A DNA stretch of 64,000 bases from Phoronis australis (lineage: Eukaryota; Animalia; Phoronida), in contig NMRA01000848.1 of assembly GCA_002633005.1 (NCBI GenBank), positions 15,257 through 79,256 of the forward strand, given 5' to 3'. Numbering within the stretch: position 1 is the first letter of the stretch; each line of letters begins with the position of its first letter. Below the pieces are notes generated by a model, which was not told the origin of the DNA, did no database searches, and saw only the letters and a list, made by a program, of their open reading frames with translations. The position numbers were made by a program, and so were the translations under genes. This document shows, one piece after another, positions 50,600 through 63,036 of the stretch.

Positions 50600-53500
50600 T
50601 TAAAAACGTCAGAAGTCATCTGAAGTCGTGCAAAGTGCCACAGAAGTTTGAAAGTATATCGGAATTACAGCTGATTCTTGCCAGAGCTAGAGATAGGAGG
50701 TTGGACTGGCAAATCAATGGAAATGCGCAGTACACATCGACATGAGTTTGGACTTGGCTTTAGACAAAATTGACGTGCTGTTATCCAAAACACACAGCAT
50801 ATTGTCAGAGGGATAAACCAGGAACAAGCAAAACAGGATCTGATGTCATCTCTCACCCCACACCAAGTTTTGGTTGTAATGGATTTTGCAATGAAGTTCA
50901 TACCCATCAGTTTCCGTGAAGCACAGTCCGACTGGTTTGGAAAAAAGGATCTCAGGTAAAAATAAATCCTGAATTAGTATTCAAGGTGTTGCAAATTCTC
51001 AAATGTGCTCAATATTAAACAGAAAGCCATTGATGAACAATTTTGTTGCCTTTACCTCTTTTTAGTTTATTGATTTACTGTAACAGTACAAGATACAAGG
51101 AGTGTGCACTAATATCTAGTTTTTTTCTTGCCATTTCCCAACAAAAGCTTGACAGTGATGCATTCTTTGTCTCTTAGTAGATTTTGCACACAAACCTTCA
51201 TTTTAACTGAAGCCATTTTGTACTTATGTATGATTTTCATATCTTTGTGAAGGGGAAATTTCCCCCTCCCTAGAAATGTTTTGACGGAGCTACTGATATA
51301 ATAACGTGTTGAGACGAACCATGTTTGAAGTTGAGTTGTGTGATTGCGGTTTAGGTGGTAATAAGATTTAATAAGGTAGTTCTTTAAACTAGCTGACCTA
51401 TTTGAGATACATAATTGTTGTATTTCAGGTACATACTTACATCCATACTCTAGATGCCTGCAATCAAGACTCTTTCACTGTTTGCTGTTTACCGCTAGAT
51501 GTGCTAAGGCAGGTGAAACCTAGGGATCCACAAATAACGGAAGCTCCGACAATGCCTATTGTTACCATTCAGCTGCCCTTCTGATTCATTTGTTCTACAT
51601 ATCTGGTAACACCGGCATCTGTGCTACGACTTCAGTGAAAGTCAGAAGGGAAAAGACATCTGTGACAGGAAAATCGCACCCTTGAAGTCCCATGCCAAGT
51701 ACTTCGTCAATGAAGGCAACAAAATGCAGTCTACCTGAAACATGCGCTAGAGTCTAGAGGAGGTGCCAAAGGCTGTTATGTGTCGGCCTGTAGTGTGACT
51801 GCCCTAAAGGTCCTTCCCAAGCACAGTATCCCAGGGATAAGTTTGCTGACAAACTTTGAGTATTCCGCCGATGGCATTCGAGCATGGAAGGCCTATAGAG
51901 TAGGGGAGGGAAAACTTGTCATCAAAAAATCATGTAAATTGTTGCCTGTGAAAAGTCTTGACCTTGCAACACTCGAGTGTTTTACAACTCCAAGGGTTGA
52001 GTCGGGGCTGGTATCCCGTGAACGTCATACGAAGTTCACATGCACACCCTATGGGTGCTCGAAATATTTTCCTACAGATGCTGAGCTAAATGAGTACTTG
52101 GATGTTGGTGCTCATTCATCATCCCTCCAGAACGAGACTCAGTTCGACCACATTTCAAGACAATCTGATATGTTATCTACTACCGCAGCTGTATCATCAC
52201 CTGAGTTTTCTGCCGTTTACGTTGTTGATCAAGTTGCCGCAGGATTGGGCCCTGAAAAGTATTAGAAAAGCAGTCCGCTTCTCTGACAAGGTAAAGACAT
52301 AACCCAGTGATATATTTCCTGAAGGTGAACAGTCAAGCAGAAAACAACAGCCAGCTGAGGTTGTAAAGATGATGCGAGAAGCCAAGAATAAGCAAGGGAA
52401 AGTTTTCTCCTCTGAAGAGTGGCTGTCGGAGCAGCAGATGGCTGGATTTTTCTTCCGTATGGTTGCCGCGTCTCGAATCCGAAATATTCAGAATATTGAA
52501 GATGCTGCTGCTGCCCACGAGTTTGCCTCAAAGAATGACTTGGAGCTTGAAGTCATGAATGAATTATCATCATAAACTGTAGGAAATTTAACATGTTTTA
52601 GTTGTTGTCTATTCTTATGATATTGTTGTGGTCATCATTATAGTAGCTAGGGGACTGGGGTCCACCCTGGGCGAAATTGGGAAACATGGAAGATGACGCA
52701 AATTCGGGGCTTCCATGGGGGAGAGATTTGAGTGGTGGCCGTTTGGGAAAAATAATCCAAGCCACTGATGGTCAACATTGAAATCTTCTGTCACTTTTTA
52801 CTAGCGTTTTTTGTTTTATGTTCAGTTTGAGACTCGTAAAGCATACTTTTTACATGGTTGATTCTATTGAAACTACTGAGATTTTTATAGGAGTGATTAT
52901 CTAGTTTTGAGAAATGTCTATCTTAGACATGTGAACTGAGCAAAATAAAAGGACTTAGTGTTTCAGTAGCTCTTGTTTTCTTCAAACAAAATGCATTTTT
53001 TGAAGTGTTGTGTAGAAATGCATCATACACTAAACCTAGCATACCTTCAAGAAACTGTGGTTTTGAGTCCGCCGCTTGAACGAAATTTACACATTGTGAA
53101 ACTTTTAGCTGGTAAGTCGCAACAACACCCAATTGCTTAAATACTGGTTTGGAAAGCAGGTGTCTCGGATATCAATGAAGCTATTATTTTTTCAATCGTA
53201 AATATCCGTACCTGTTATTTTTCTGAAATTGAAAATTCCATTGGCGCACTGCCACCATGCTCGGCCGCTTTTGTGTAGTACAAGAAGCATTGCGTGACAC
53301 TTTGTATGTCCAATAACGCGACATTTCTGCTCGTATCCACCATCCTCTTTTCACTTGTGATCTCGAAGGTCTTGATTAGTTTTAGTATGAACGTTGCTAA
53401 TAGTTTGAGAGGACTTTTTCAAGCGCATATACAGGGATTTGTTCAGGTCTGAATTTGGACCAGCATGCACTGCAGGCAGTGCGTGGGATTCTTAGTCAAT

Positions 53501-54402
53501 TATGGTGTTTGAAAACTGACCAAGCAATGGGTAATGGTCACCCTTAATAAGAATAAAACCTGCTTCTCTGAAGTATGAGATGGTGATGGGTTTGTATTAT
53601 TAACTCATAAGTACATTAAACTTGACTTTTTTGGTTTCTGTAATCCTATAACAAATTTTTATTTTTGCACCAGCAAAACTGAAAATCCGCGAAGAAACAT
53701 CTCTCATACAGCTTCCCATGATCTCCTTCGTCACTGATGCAGCAAAGCGAATGATATTTGTTCTACAGTGTATTTGGCATCTTGGTCGATAGATAATTGC
53801 ACAATCGAGTAGCGCCTCTAGAGTGTTTTAATCAAACTGACAGTCACAGATTGGCAGAAAAGTGTGTAAGTGAGTTATGTAAAAAGTGACTGCACAAAAA
53901 TTGTGAAAGAGACAAGATTTTTAATTCTTGTGTTGGGTTGAACAAAGACAGCTGTAACAGATGGAAGTTAACTCATGTTCCAAAAGAATCCGATATAGAT
54001 TTGGGAGAGTGATAAAAATGCTTAAAAATGGCCTTAATAATAAGTAGTGAAAATGATATTTTTGTAGGCTAAAATGGGAGAACATAAAAAATCAATAAAT
54101 CCACACGAACTAGTTTTTCTTGTATTTTATTCTTTCTTCTTTCTGCTATATAGTTATTTTTTCAATAGCGTCAAGCGATGATGTGCTGTTGCTGACAAAA
54201 GTCACCTACTTCCAAGTACTATTGTTTGCTATTTTTCAGAAAAAATACTAAGTGGTCGTAAAAAGGGTTAAAAGGAACTCGGAAACTTTTAAAAATTCAG
54301 GTTTAGGTTTCTTTTGACAAGGCCAGCTGATGTGCTAAGTTTCAAAAAAATTGGTGATTTTCCATATATAGCCCACCATCTGGTTTTTACATGGAATTGC
54401 TC
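50600..54402 (+). mobile_element. Decayed Sola3 DNA transposon (left end unresolved)
   Basis: Transposase motifs VMDFAMKFIP..FRE.QSDWFGKKG, SDNAYCYH and DFSESQKGKDICDR; right terminus ...GGAATTGCTC followed by TTAA (54403-54406). Confidence 0.8.
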
Positions 54403-54598
54403 TTAAGTGTTGTCTGCTTAGATTACCGTGTGACGCGTGGGCTGGACTGTCTTTTTGTCGCGGTATGCTCACAATAAAAACATCTTGGGAAATTTACGTG
54501 TTGTGGTTTAGTTCTTATTTACACGGAATGGCGCAAATACCGACGACTCGTTTGATGCACTTTGTGTCCCGAATGCAAAGCTGTACAATGCCTTACAG

Positions 54599-54898
54599 AG
54601 CTAAGCACCGAGGTGCCAAACTACACTTGCAAAGTTGATGCAACGGGACTAGAGTACAACGGCACGCTTGCAACCGCGTTAACGGGACAGAAGTGCAGGA
54701 AGTGGTCCAGTCCAGAAATTCAGAGGCATATTACTTCAACCAGAATGATAACCCAAACATACAACGGCTGGCCCAAAACAATACAGACTTCGAATTTCTG
54801 TCGAAATCCAGACGGTGAGCCTCGTGGGCCCTGGTGTTACATAGAAGACGAAGATGTGCCATCGTACCGATTCTGTGAAATTAAAATTTGCGACAGCG
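54599..54898 (+). CDS. WSC-kringle gene, kringle 3 exon
   Basis: CKVDATGLEYNGT...TGQKCRKW...NFCRNPDGEPRGPWCY...FCEIKIC; phase 1-1. Confidence 0.93.
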
Positions 54899-55107
54899 GT
54901 AAGTATTCAACGCTGTTGCTGTCCCATGTTGACATATATCTGTTCAGAACAGAGTCATCAAAACAATCAATGTTTGTGACATTTCGTATCGCCGTAGTTA
55001 TGTCGTTCTGTCTGATTTTGTCAGAAAGTGGCTCACAACCTATTGTTTAAAAAACCAAAAACTGAGTGGAATGCATGCCTTATGCGTTTCTTTGGCATAC
55101 ATTTCAG

Positions 55108-55223
55108 GACAGACGGAATACTTGAAATCCGGCGAAGGAGCAACCAGCCGGTTTTGCTACAAATCTGAAACCATTGTACTTCTCTATTGCTTTTTGGCAC
55201 ATCTGACTTATGGTCAACTGTAG
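55108..55223 (+). CDS. WSC-kringle gene, terminal exon (GPI-signal-like)
   Basis: cag|GQTEYLKSGEGATSRFCYKSETIVLLYCFLAHLTYGQL*; AATAAA at 55434. Confidence 0.7.
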
Positions 55224-57384
55224 CTTGAGTAAGTTATTTTACTAAAGTACTCGTGGATTCGTTGAAGCTGTTATAAAATCAAATGATGAATTTTAATTTG
55301 AAACGTTTATCGGCGTAGCATCAACATGTTACGTGCTCTATCTGGAGGTGACTTCTAGTACACGTGATCATTGCTTGAGACCAGGCTCCAAAATTACGTC
55401 ACGTCTTTTTATTCGCCGAGTGTGGTGTAAAGCAATAAAAAAATAATTACAGGCGGTCTGATACACGTTGTACCAGACGTGGGCAGGCCGCGCATGTTGG
55501 CCCATTGCAATCATCACCTGGAACTAGTTTTATGCTTTAAAACCGAGTTGAGGGGCTAGAAACCATACTCACGGTTTTAGCAGTGTGACCTAGTGGAACT
55601 CGATCCACCACCTCGAGTAAATAATGTGGGGACCTATCACCCTCCTTTATAAAGTAATTCCACGAACTATCATATCTTTCCAAACCCGAGGAACCACTTC
55701 TAGTCTTACATGTAGCTAAAAATGCATGCGGTCTGGTATACGTTGAACTAGACGTGCACGGGCCGCTATTTGGACCCAGTGCACTGATCACATGGAACCA
55801 TCCCAGTATATGCTTTATTAAAATATAGTTGAACGCGAGCTGTAGAGCTAGATCCCTGAATGAAGGGTCTACCAGTGTGTTCCAGTGGGACCCAAACCAG
55901 CGTCCTTGGTTAAAGAAAGTGCATAATTGTCCCACTGTGCCGCAACGCTTCCTCTTCCAAAAAATCACTTTCAGTTTTTAATTCATAATTAGTCTTTGCA
56001 CATGACAAATGTGTAGGTAATCGAATTAGTTATACCGTAGCAGCCGCGCAAACAGTGTGACACTTGGCAAACTTTTATATGAGATTTCAAAAAAGCCTCA
56101 TCTATATAAACTAATGAATAAATCCCCATTGAAATGGACCGTTATTTTTCAGCGGAGTCACTATATTTGTGCAATATACTTGTCATTTTTCGAGAACTAA
56201 GGTACACTTCAGTGAAATGAAATATAACATGTTTTACTACTAGATGCTTACTCACCGTGAAATGGCTATTCCTAAATCTACGCAATAAATTTCACACAGG
56301 ACCCCTTATGCACTGTAAACAAGTCAAAAGTCACTTTGTAGTGAATATACAGGATAGCCAAAACAATCTCGGTATAGCATACTTCCATATTAAATCGATT
56401 TATTTTGCTGTAAAAGTTTTAAAATGAAATTTCGTGTAGATTCGAAGATTTTTTCCTATAAGCACCTGGGTGTTAGCTGGAAAATTCTTTGAGTGCCTGT
56501 GCTCATGTGTATTGTTAGAAGTGGAGAATTTGAAAACACTATTTGGATGAGAGTTCGCATTTTGCCTGTGTTTCAAAAATGTAGATCTGGTGATTTTTTT
56601 TCTAGAAATTCATGCACTGCTCAAATGGAATAATGCACACTCAAGCAGTAGATTCACCGAGATCGGTTTAAAAGGTATTTTTACAAGCTTCGTGCTACAT
56701 GTATAGGCTTCTTTAAGACACATGCAATTGGCCGTTATCTCAAACTACTACTCCAGACGCGACCGTTATCTTTGCACAATTTTTCCTGTTTTGTACAACC
56801 TTTAGTTTTTGCCCAAGTAGTAACCAACAATGATTGTGGGATGTCACGGTCCTGACATCCCTTTGGGGCCTCTCCTTCCTGCTGTAGTAAAATGAGAGAA
56901 GATTTAGCCCGTCTTTTTCATCCAGCCAGAATGGAAAAAACGAACGAACGCTATATTGATCTTAATCATAAAACCATTGACCGGTCATAGCTCAACTCGT
57001 TTGGCAGAACTAACGTGAAGTGGTGATCCCAGAATTTTAAATATAGACACGTACTTTCACAGCACACGCAGTGTGACTTGTTCTTGTAGGTGTACTCAAC
57101 CCTTTAGCCATTTGCCTGTCGTGTTCCGTAGCTTAATTATGGGTGACACAGTGGAAATTTCACATCTCATAATCAATTGCGTTTCAGCTCCAAGAACGCG
57201 TTGGTAGTGCACTCGGAAAGAGACAGAAAAAGACTGGAGACGGACTGGATTTGAAATTACATATCTACATGTACATTATGTGAATATATGTAGGTTGCAC
57301 TCCATGCAATAGTCACCAGAGTACCTTGAGTCGAAATCAACAAGAGTTTCATTTCTACTTTAGTCAGCATTTAGTTCCTTCTAT

Positions 57385-57500
57385 ATATACATGTACATAC
57401 ACATGCACTCATATGCATGTATACACTCACGGACGCGCACACGCGCACGCACACATACACACATGCACACACTCACATACGCGCGAGCGCAGGCACACAC
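57385..57500. repeat. Degenerate (CA)n microsatellite
   Basis: CA/CG/TA alternating tract. Confidence 0.85.
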
Positions 57501-60500
57501 GTCCTTCCGGCGCCCACCACCCGATGTTATGTCTTCAAACCACTTGACTGACCTTCGTGAATTTTGCAAAGCATTTCCTATCGTAGTTGGGGCGGCACGA
57601 GGGCGATTCGAATACTGCTGTGTTCCCTAATGAAAGTTGTGTGTGTTCACTTTAGCCTCTGTTATATCTACCGAGACCCCTCAATATTTTTTCATAAATG
57701 TGGTGAATGCATTTTTATAATGGCGTCAAAACGTTACCATTTACGAACGGATTTTATGTAACCTGGGCCTCCAGTTGCCATTTTTACGCCCTCTTATATC
57801 TATATGTGTGGTAGTCGTCATACGGTCCGGGAGTCTGGTTGTCTTTTCGAAATCTCAAACAAATTAATAGATATTGAAAAGACATGGTATTCGCCGAGCA
57901 TGGTCTAGACCAATAACTAACTGTCAGTTCTTTGAAATACAAAAAGCACCTGCAAAAGGATCAAGCTCGGACCGTATTTGAAGGTGTAATTGGTCAAAAT
58001 CGAGTTTTGACGGAAGCAGATTTATTGCATTTTAAATAACTTTTGATTTCAAATGGTGTCGGGAAAACGCTGCGGACTAATCCCAGTCTTCAGTTTTGTG
58101 GTATTCTTTAAACTGACAAACATACACAGATTGTGCTTCCACAGAAAAAACACAGTCGCAATGCCGTGTGACGTGTTTTATAGACACTGAAACCCAATTT
58201 GTAGCATTTTTCTTTAGCAAAGCGAGGTAAAACAGGTCTTTTTCCACATGTATATGAAATTCGCTTCTATTACAAACATCTGTCTTCCTGGTAGATCAAA
58301 TGGCGCTGATGGCAATGAGCACTAGTAGCACAGTTGTGTGGAGACGGCACCTAATTTGTGACGGTGCGCCATCTTGAAACGGCCGAGTGTCGTCGTCAGG
58401 CGCATCTGAAAAAAGTGCAGGTTTATAACCTGTGTCCTTACAGTCTTGATAAACACAGCTCCAGAATGTGCAGGTAAAGTGAGAAACTCTTCGATCAAGG
58501 CCACGTGACAGCTCCGGGCGCTTCAAAACTTAACCTCATTGTTACTACTAACATTATTTTCAGGTAGCAACTTAACCGTTAAACTTCGAAACTACTCAAT
58601 GTCTCAAAAGACATTCACTGCAGATTTTGTTAGATCCTTAAGCATATGGAAAATTCGTCTCTGGAACTCTTTCAGTTGCATCTGATGGAGCAGGTCAAGC
58701 AAGATGGGATATCTACTCAAACATTAGTTTTTCAAATGGCTCTCGACGCAGCTTCGGAGAATTATTCAATAGAGCACTTTTTGAAATGCACAAAACGGAA
58801 ATGAGAAATAAATGAAGGTTGTATTCGTTAATCAGTCTGATAAAAGCCAACACGATCGTTAATTGCCTCTTATGAACGACGGTGTGTGGAAGGTGCAAAC
58901 AAACCTGATGATCATAGATGGCCATCTTGCTGTTAACTGTTCCCGGTGCCAAATATTAAGCATCTACGTTAACAGCAATAGGAGAGAACTATGTCCGGCA
59001 GCAGTTCAAAGGAGGTCTAAACCTTCAACTAGATAGACTCTCGTAGAAGTGATACACCTGATTTCTTCAATAACTCAGGTCTACACCATTATTCAAGAAG
59101 TATGGTTTAAATAAACGCGCTACATTTGAGGCAAATATCCATATTCAGTATTCATATTACTTGTTCAAAATGTACTGGAGCTATGAGATACATGATTTGC
59201 CAGCGCAGTTCACTTTCAATGAAGAACAATATTGAAACATAATTCTAGAATAAGATGATCCATTACCATCTTCAATAGCCCTCTAATGTTTTAGACTCTG
59301 CAGCTCAGACTGTCCATGTTCACATAGCCTGCCAGTAAATATGGTAAACACTTTCTACCATATCCCCGAGGTACCCCTGCTTGATAAAATGACCATGGCT
59401 GGTCAACGGGTGGATAAAAATTGCGTTCAAAGTTCGAGTTTAGCCCGTTTAAAGAGACGGCCAATATATTATATCGTCTCTTAAACATCCATGCCCACTT
59501 TTGTCTTCGATTGGGGTTCAAGTTAATTAATGCGTAAATTTCAATGTATTTCTTCCACAGGTAGTCTTATAACATGTGCGAAAAACAGTACGATCCGTCA
59601 TTGAGAATGAAATAAACTGACAAGTTGGTGCTAAAGAAAGTCAGCACTTTTTGACATTGTAGCTAAACAACTACTTTATCCTCCACTTGTCAAAAGGGTC
59701 ACCACAGCCCGCAGGGCTAATCGCTGTCCGTAAGTCTTGACTATCGGACGACCAGTACCTGATTTTGTCTCACCGTCACCGCATTACTTTGCTAAATCAA
59801 CCCCTTGCGGCTATCTGTGTCTTGGATTTCATTTCCAAGGTTAGTTGCAAATGCACACTTAGCCATGAATCTTCATCACTCAGACCAGTGTACAAAATGC
59901 GAGTGACGTGTGGGGAAGTCGAAGAAACTCATCTCAATGACGTTGATCAATGTGAAACACACTACAAAGTGCTCAGAATTCCTGTTGTCACCAAAGCAGA
60001 AACTGCGTTGCCAAGACATGACAAGTGTCCAAATATATATTTTGCATCTGTGACCGCATGTGCTTTAATTTTGTCAGACTATGACAACAGTGTGGCAAGA
60101 AAAAAGACAGAAAATACATAGTTACATTCTATATTGCTTCGTCAAAATACGGACAATTGCGTCACCCTGAATGACTATAAGTCGCGTTAATGTCAATCTT
60201 TAACCGTAACTTGTGTAAATCGCGTACGGAAACAAGAAAAGTCGTGCCAAATGTAACGAATGATTGCGCTTATCGGTTCACGTTTGCTTAGTGACCATAC
60301 AAGTAAATCAATATTATGGTGTTCTTTTCAAAATCGTGTGCAGTGTGCAATATGAACAGCATTTCGTTTATGTCCTGTGTTCGCGCAGTGACACAATATA
60401 CGGCGAATATAGCTACTACTTCAGGTATTGTTTGACAAGCGTACGCTGTACTCCTATGTTGCTAAAGCACTGTTGGGACTGTGGTTGTTGCCCAGTACAT

Positions 60501-61028
60501 CCAGATTAACAAAAAATTCGTTCAACGGAGGTTTTAACAAGTGCAAAATACTTTTATTCGTGTAAATTAAGCCGAAATGAGTAAACAGCCACACAACGTT
60601 TCGTAATAACTAGAATAAAGAGAGGTTATTAGATCTCCATGTAGCCTTCGATACGATGGAAAAACTCTTAGTCTATGACTTTTTCGATAAATTATTAAAC
60701 AAGCAAAGGTAATGCCAATCTGTAATGTAAAAAAAAAAAATAAAAAGGAATGCGGTTTTTCACCAACACACTTACAGACACGCGTTAATGTTAACAATTC
60801 CACTGCTTATTATCAACAAATAAATTTAGAAATCAAACTGAAATACATGGTTGCATTGCAGAACCGATGCTTTCTCCTATTTTGTGAAAGGTGTTGTGCA
60901 TTTTAGGGTACTGCAGTGCCCACCACAGACGAAAGAAGCGAAAAAGCAAGGCCCGGGAACTAACGTAAGCTCGAAACTTCCGACATGTTAGCCTAAGGGA
61001 TCTTAGCAGCTGGAGATACAGTCAATAT

Positions 61029-61228
61029 TCAGTGAAGCTGCAATTCACTGTTTCCGTTCAATGAGCAAAACTGCAAGTGTCTCGCGAGGGTCTTGCGTCT
61101 ACGGATCACAGCCACGCTGACTGGCTGATAATTAGTGATCACCAGGACAACAGATTGCCGGCTAGTGACCGTGCACAGTCGAGTAACACCGAGCCGATTG
61201 CTAAGGTTAAGAAAACGGATAGTGGCTA
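61029..61228 (-). CDS. ADAM-like gene B, candidate terminal exon
   Basis: cag|VATIRFLNLSNRLGVTRLCTVTSRQSVVLVIT...; phase-compatible; weak ungapped match to the gene A terminal exon (IR..N-x-S/T, RQ..V...T). Confidence 0.45.
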
Positions 61229-61448
61229 CTGAAGATTTCGGTGAAACCTTTTGCGAGGTGCCCGTCACATGCGATCGCATGTTGTAAACGGTGGTGAAAT
61301 ATCACAGACCGTACCGTACTCAAAGGTGAGGAATACTTTGATAGGTAGGATGTTGGACACAACAGACACGTCAGTTTATCAACGTTGTGGCCGCCTTGAG
61401 AAGACTGTCGTAAGATAAGTCCGTTCTGCTACGCAAGTGTGAATTTAC

Positions 61449-61619
61449 CTGGACATGGGGATTTGTTGCATTCCTTCACATCAGCACTGAGACCAGTACA
61501 GTAAGATCCACCAAACTGGGGGCTGGGATTCGTGCACTTTCTCGACCGGAATGTCACGCCACCTCCGCAAGTGGAACTACAGGGAGACCAATCGCCGTAC
61601 GCGCTCCATCTGCCATTGA
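61449..61619 (-). CDS. ADAM-like gene B, TSP1 exon
   Basis: VNGRWSAYGDWSPCSSTCGGGVTFRSRKCTNPSPQFGGSYC...ECNKSPCP; 171 nt, phase 1-1. Confidence 0.92.
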
Positions 61620-62552
61620 CTACAATATGAATGTTCATTAGAGTCGTCCCCAGTTGTACTGTACATGTTTGCTTGGGCGTAAGCAGCAAGCGGAGTAAAC
61701 AAGAGCTGGGAACGAAGTAACGCGCATTACCTGACCTATAGTTTGGTGTTTACATTGTAAGTACACGTAATTGTGCAACAATGTTTGGTGACGTGTGATA
61801 ATGTAATACAAGGGGTGGCATTGTTATATAATGTTCTTTTTTAAATACATGATATAAAAATCAAATTGAAGCGTGCCACTGGTTATTTATTTATTTATTT
61901 TTACAGCGCGCTTCATTACTTTCACTGGGTCTCTCAGAGGTTCTCCAATTCCACCGTTTATTGCACGTGTGTATGTTTGGGGCCAAGTTTGGTTATAGCC
62001 GGTACTGCTGGATATTCAGCGTTGCATAAATAGCTGACCTTCACATGTTCATGATTAGCGCTTCTGTTATGCTTCATCGCTACTTATAGCGTACAACTCT
62101 ATGTACTTGTGAAATGTTTGTATTTATTTTTACAGTGAGAAACATTAAACTGTCAGCCGCTGCGGTATTTGTGTAAAGTGTGTGATCCTCCCTGTTTTAT
62201 GAAGTTCTGACCGGTTTGCTTTCTCTACAGTTAAAGTTATCGTTTCAGTTGTATACTTCGCTGAAAATTTCTCAACCAGGAGTGCATTTAATGAATATTT
62301 TTTGCTAATTGGTTGACGTTGGAACGCGTTATAGACTGAGCATTTAATGATTGATAACATATACCTGTTTGCGTGTTGACAGAAATGTTATTGAAGAGCT
62401 GGCGATTATTACTTATAGCTGCTATTAAAATGGGCAACTCGTTTGGGATATTCGTTTTTATATTGAAAGAATTACTGTACTCGGCGAATAAACAGAACTA
62501 GAATATGCCCCACTCAATGCTAGTCTTAATTGAAGGCTATCAATGAGCTCAC

Positions 62553-62664
62553 TTGGTGCCTTGATCGATTGACCTCCGCCAACACTTCCGCCAGTGCCAA
62601 CTGCCTCGCAACGGGGTGGCGCATACCCGTAATTACAGTGACAATTCCCTTTGTTATCACATAC
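62553..62664 (-). CDS. ADAM-like gene B, EGF-like exon
   Basis: tag|VCDNKGNCHCNYGYAPPRCEAVGTGGSVGGGQSIKAP|gtgagc; same 112-nt length and phases as 12912-13023. Confidence 0.9.
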
Positions 62665-62880
62665 CTAGAAACAGATTAAGACTGTTAATGGATCGCACAT
62701 GTACATTCACGACAGGGATTAGTCCTGCTTTGTAGTCCTTGACAAGCTGTTAGTGCAATAACAGATGCGCAATGTCGAGTAAAGGATTGCCAAGAGTGGT
62801 ATTCAGAAGTTCCTTGAGGATGCGTACGTGAATGAAGTCCAAACATTTGGTCTCTGCTCTGTTCTACCCAGACACAGAAG

Positions 62881-63036
62881 CATGGGCGGATCCAGGATTT
62901 TTAGTTAGGGGGTCTGGGCAAAGTATTAGCAAGGATGTTCCCCGTCAGTCATTCGCACCACCCAATTGCCAAATGGAATCTGCGAGAGTTTTAGGGGGGC
63001 CATGGCCCACTTAGCCCCCCTCTAAATCTGCCACTG
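62881..63036 (+). mobile_element. Small hAT-like MITE, family C copy 2
   Basis: CATGGGCGGATCCAGG ... TCTGCCACTG; homolog of 39535-39691. Confidence 0.7.

Noticed and set aside
55537-55968. 143-aa minus-strand ORF with a donor-like site near 55570
   Set aside because: No domain similarity or partner exons recognised.
58713-60121. Several 76-118 aa ORFs
   Set aside because: No motifs or consistent splice structure; cannot be supported without a search.
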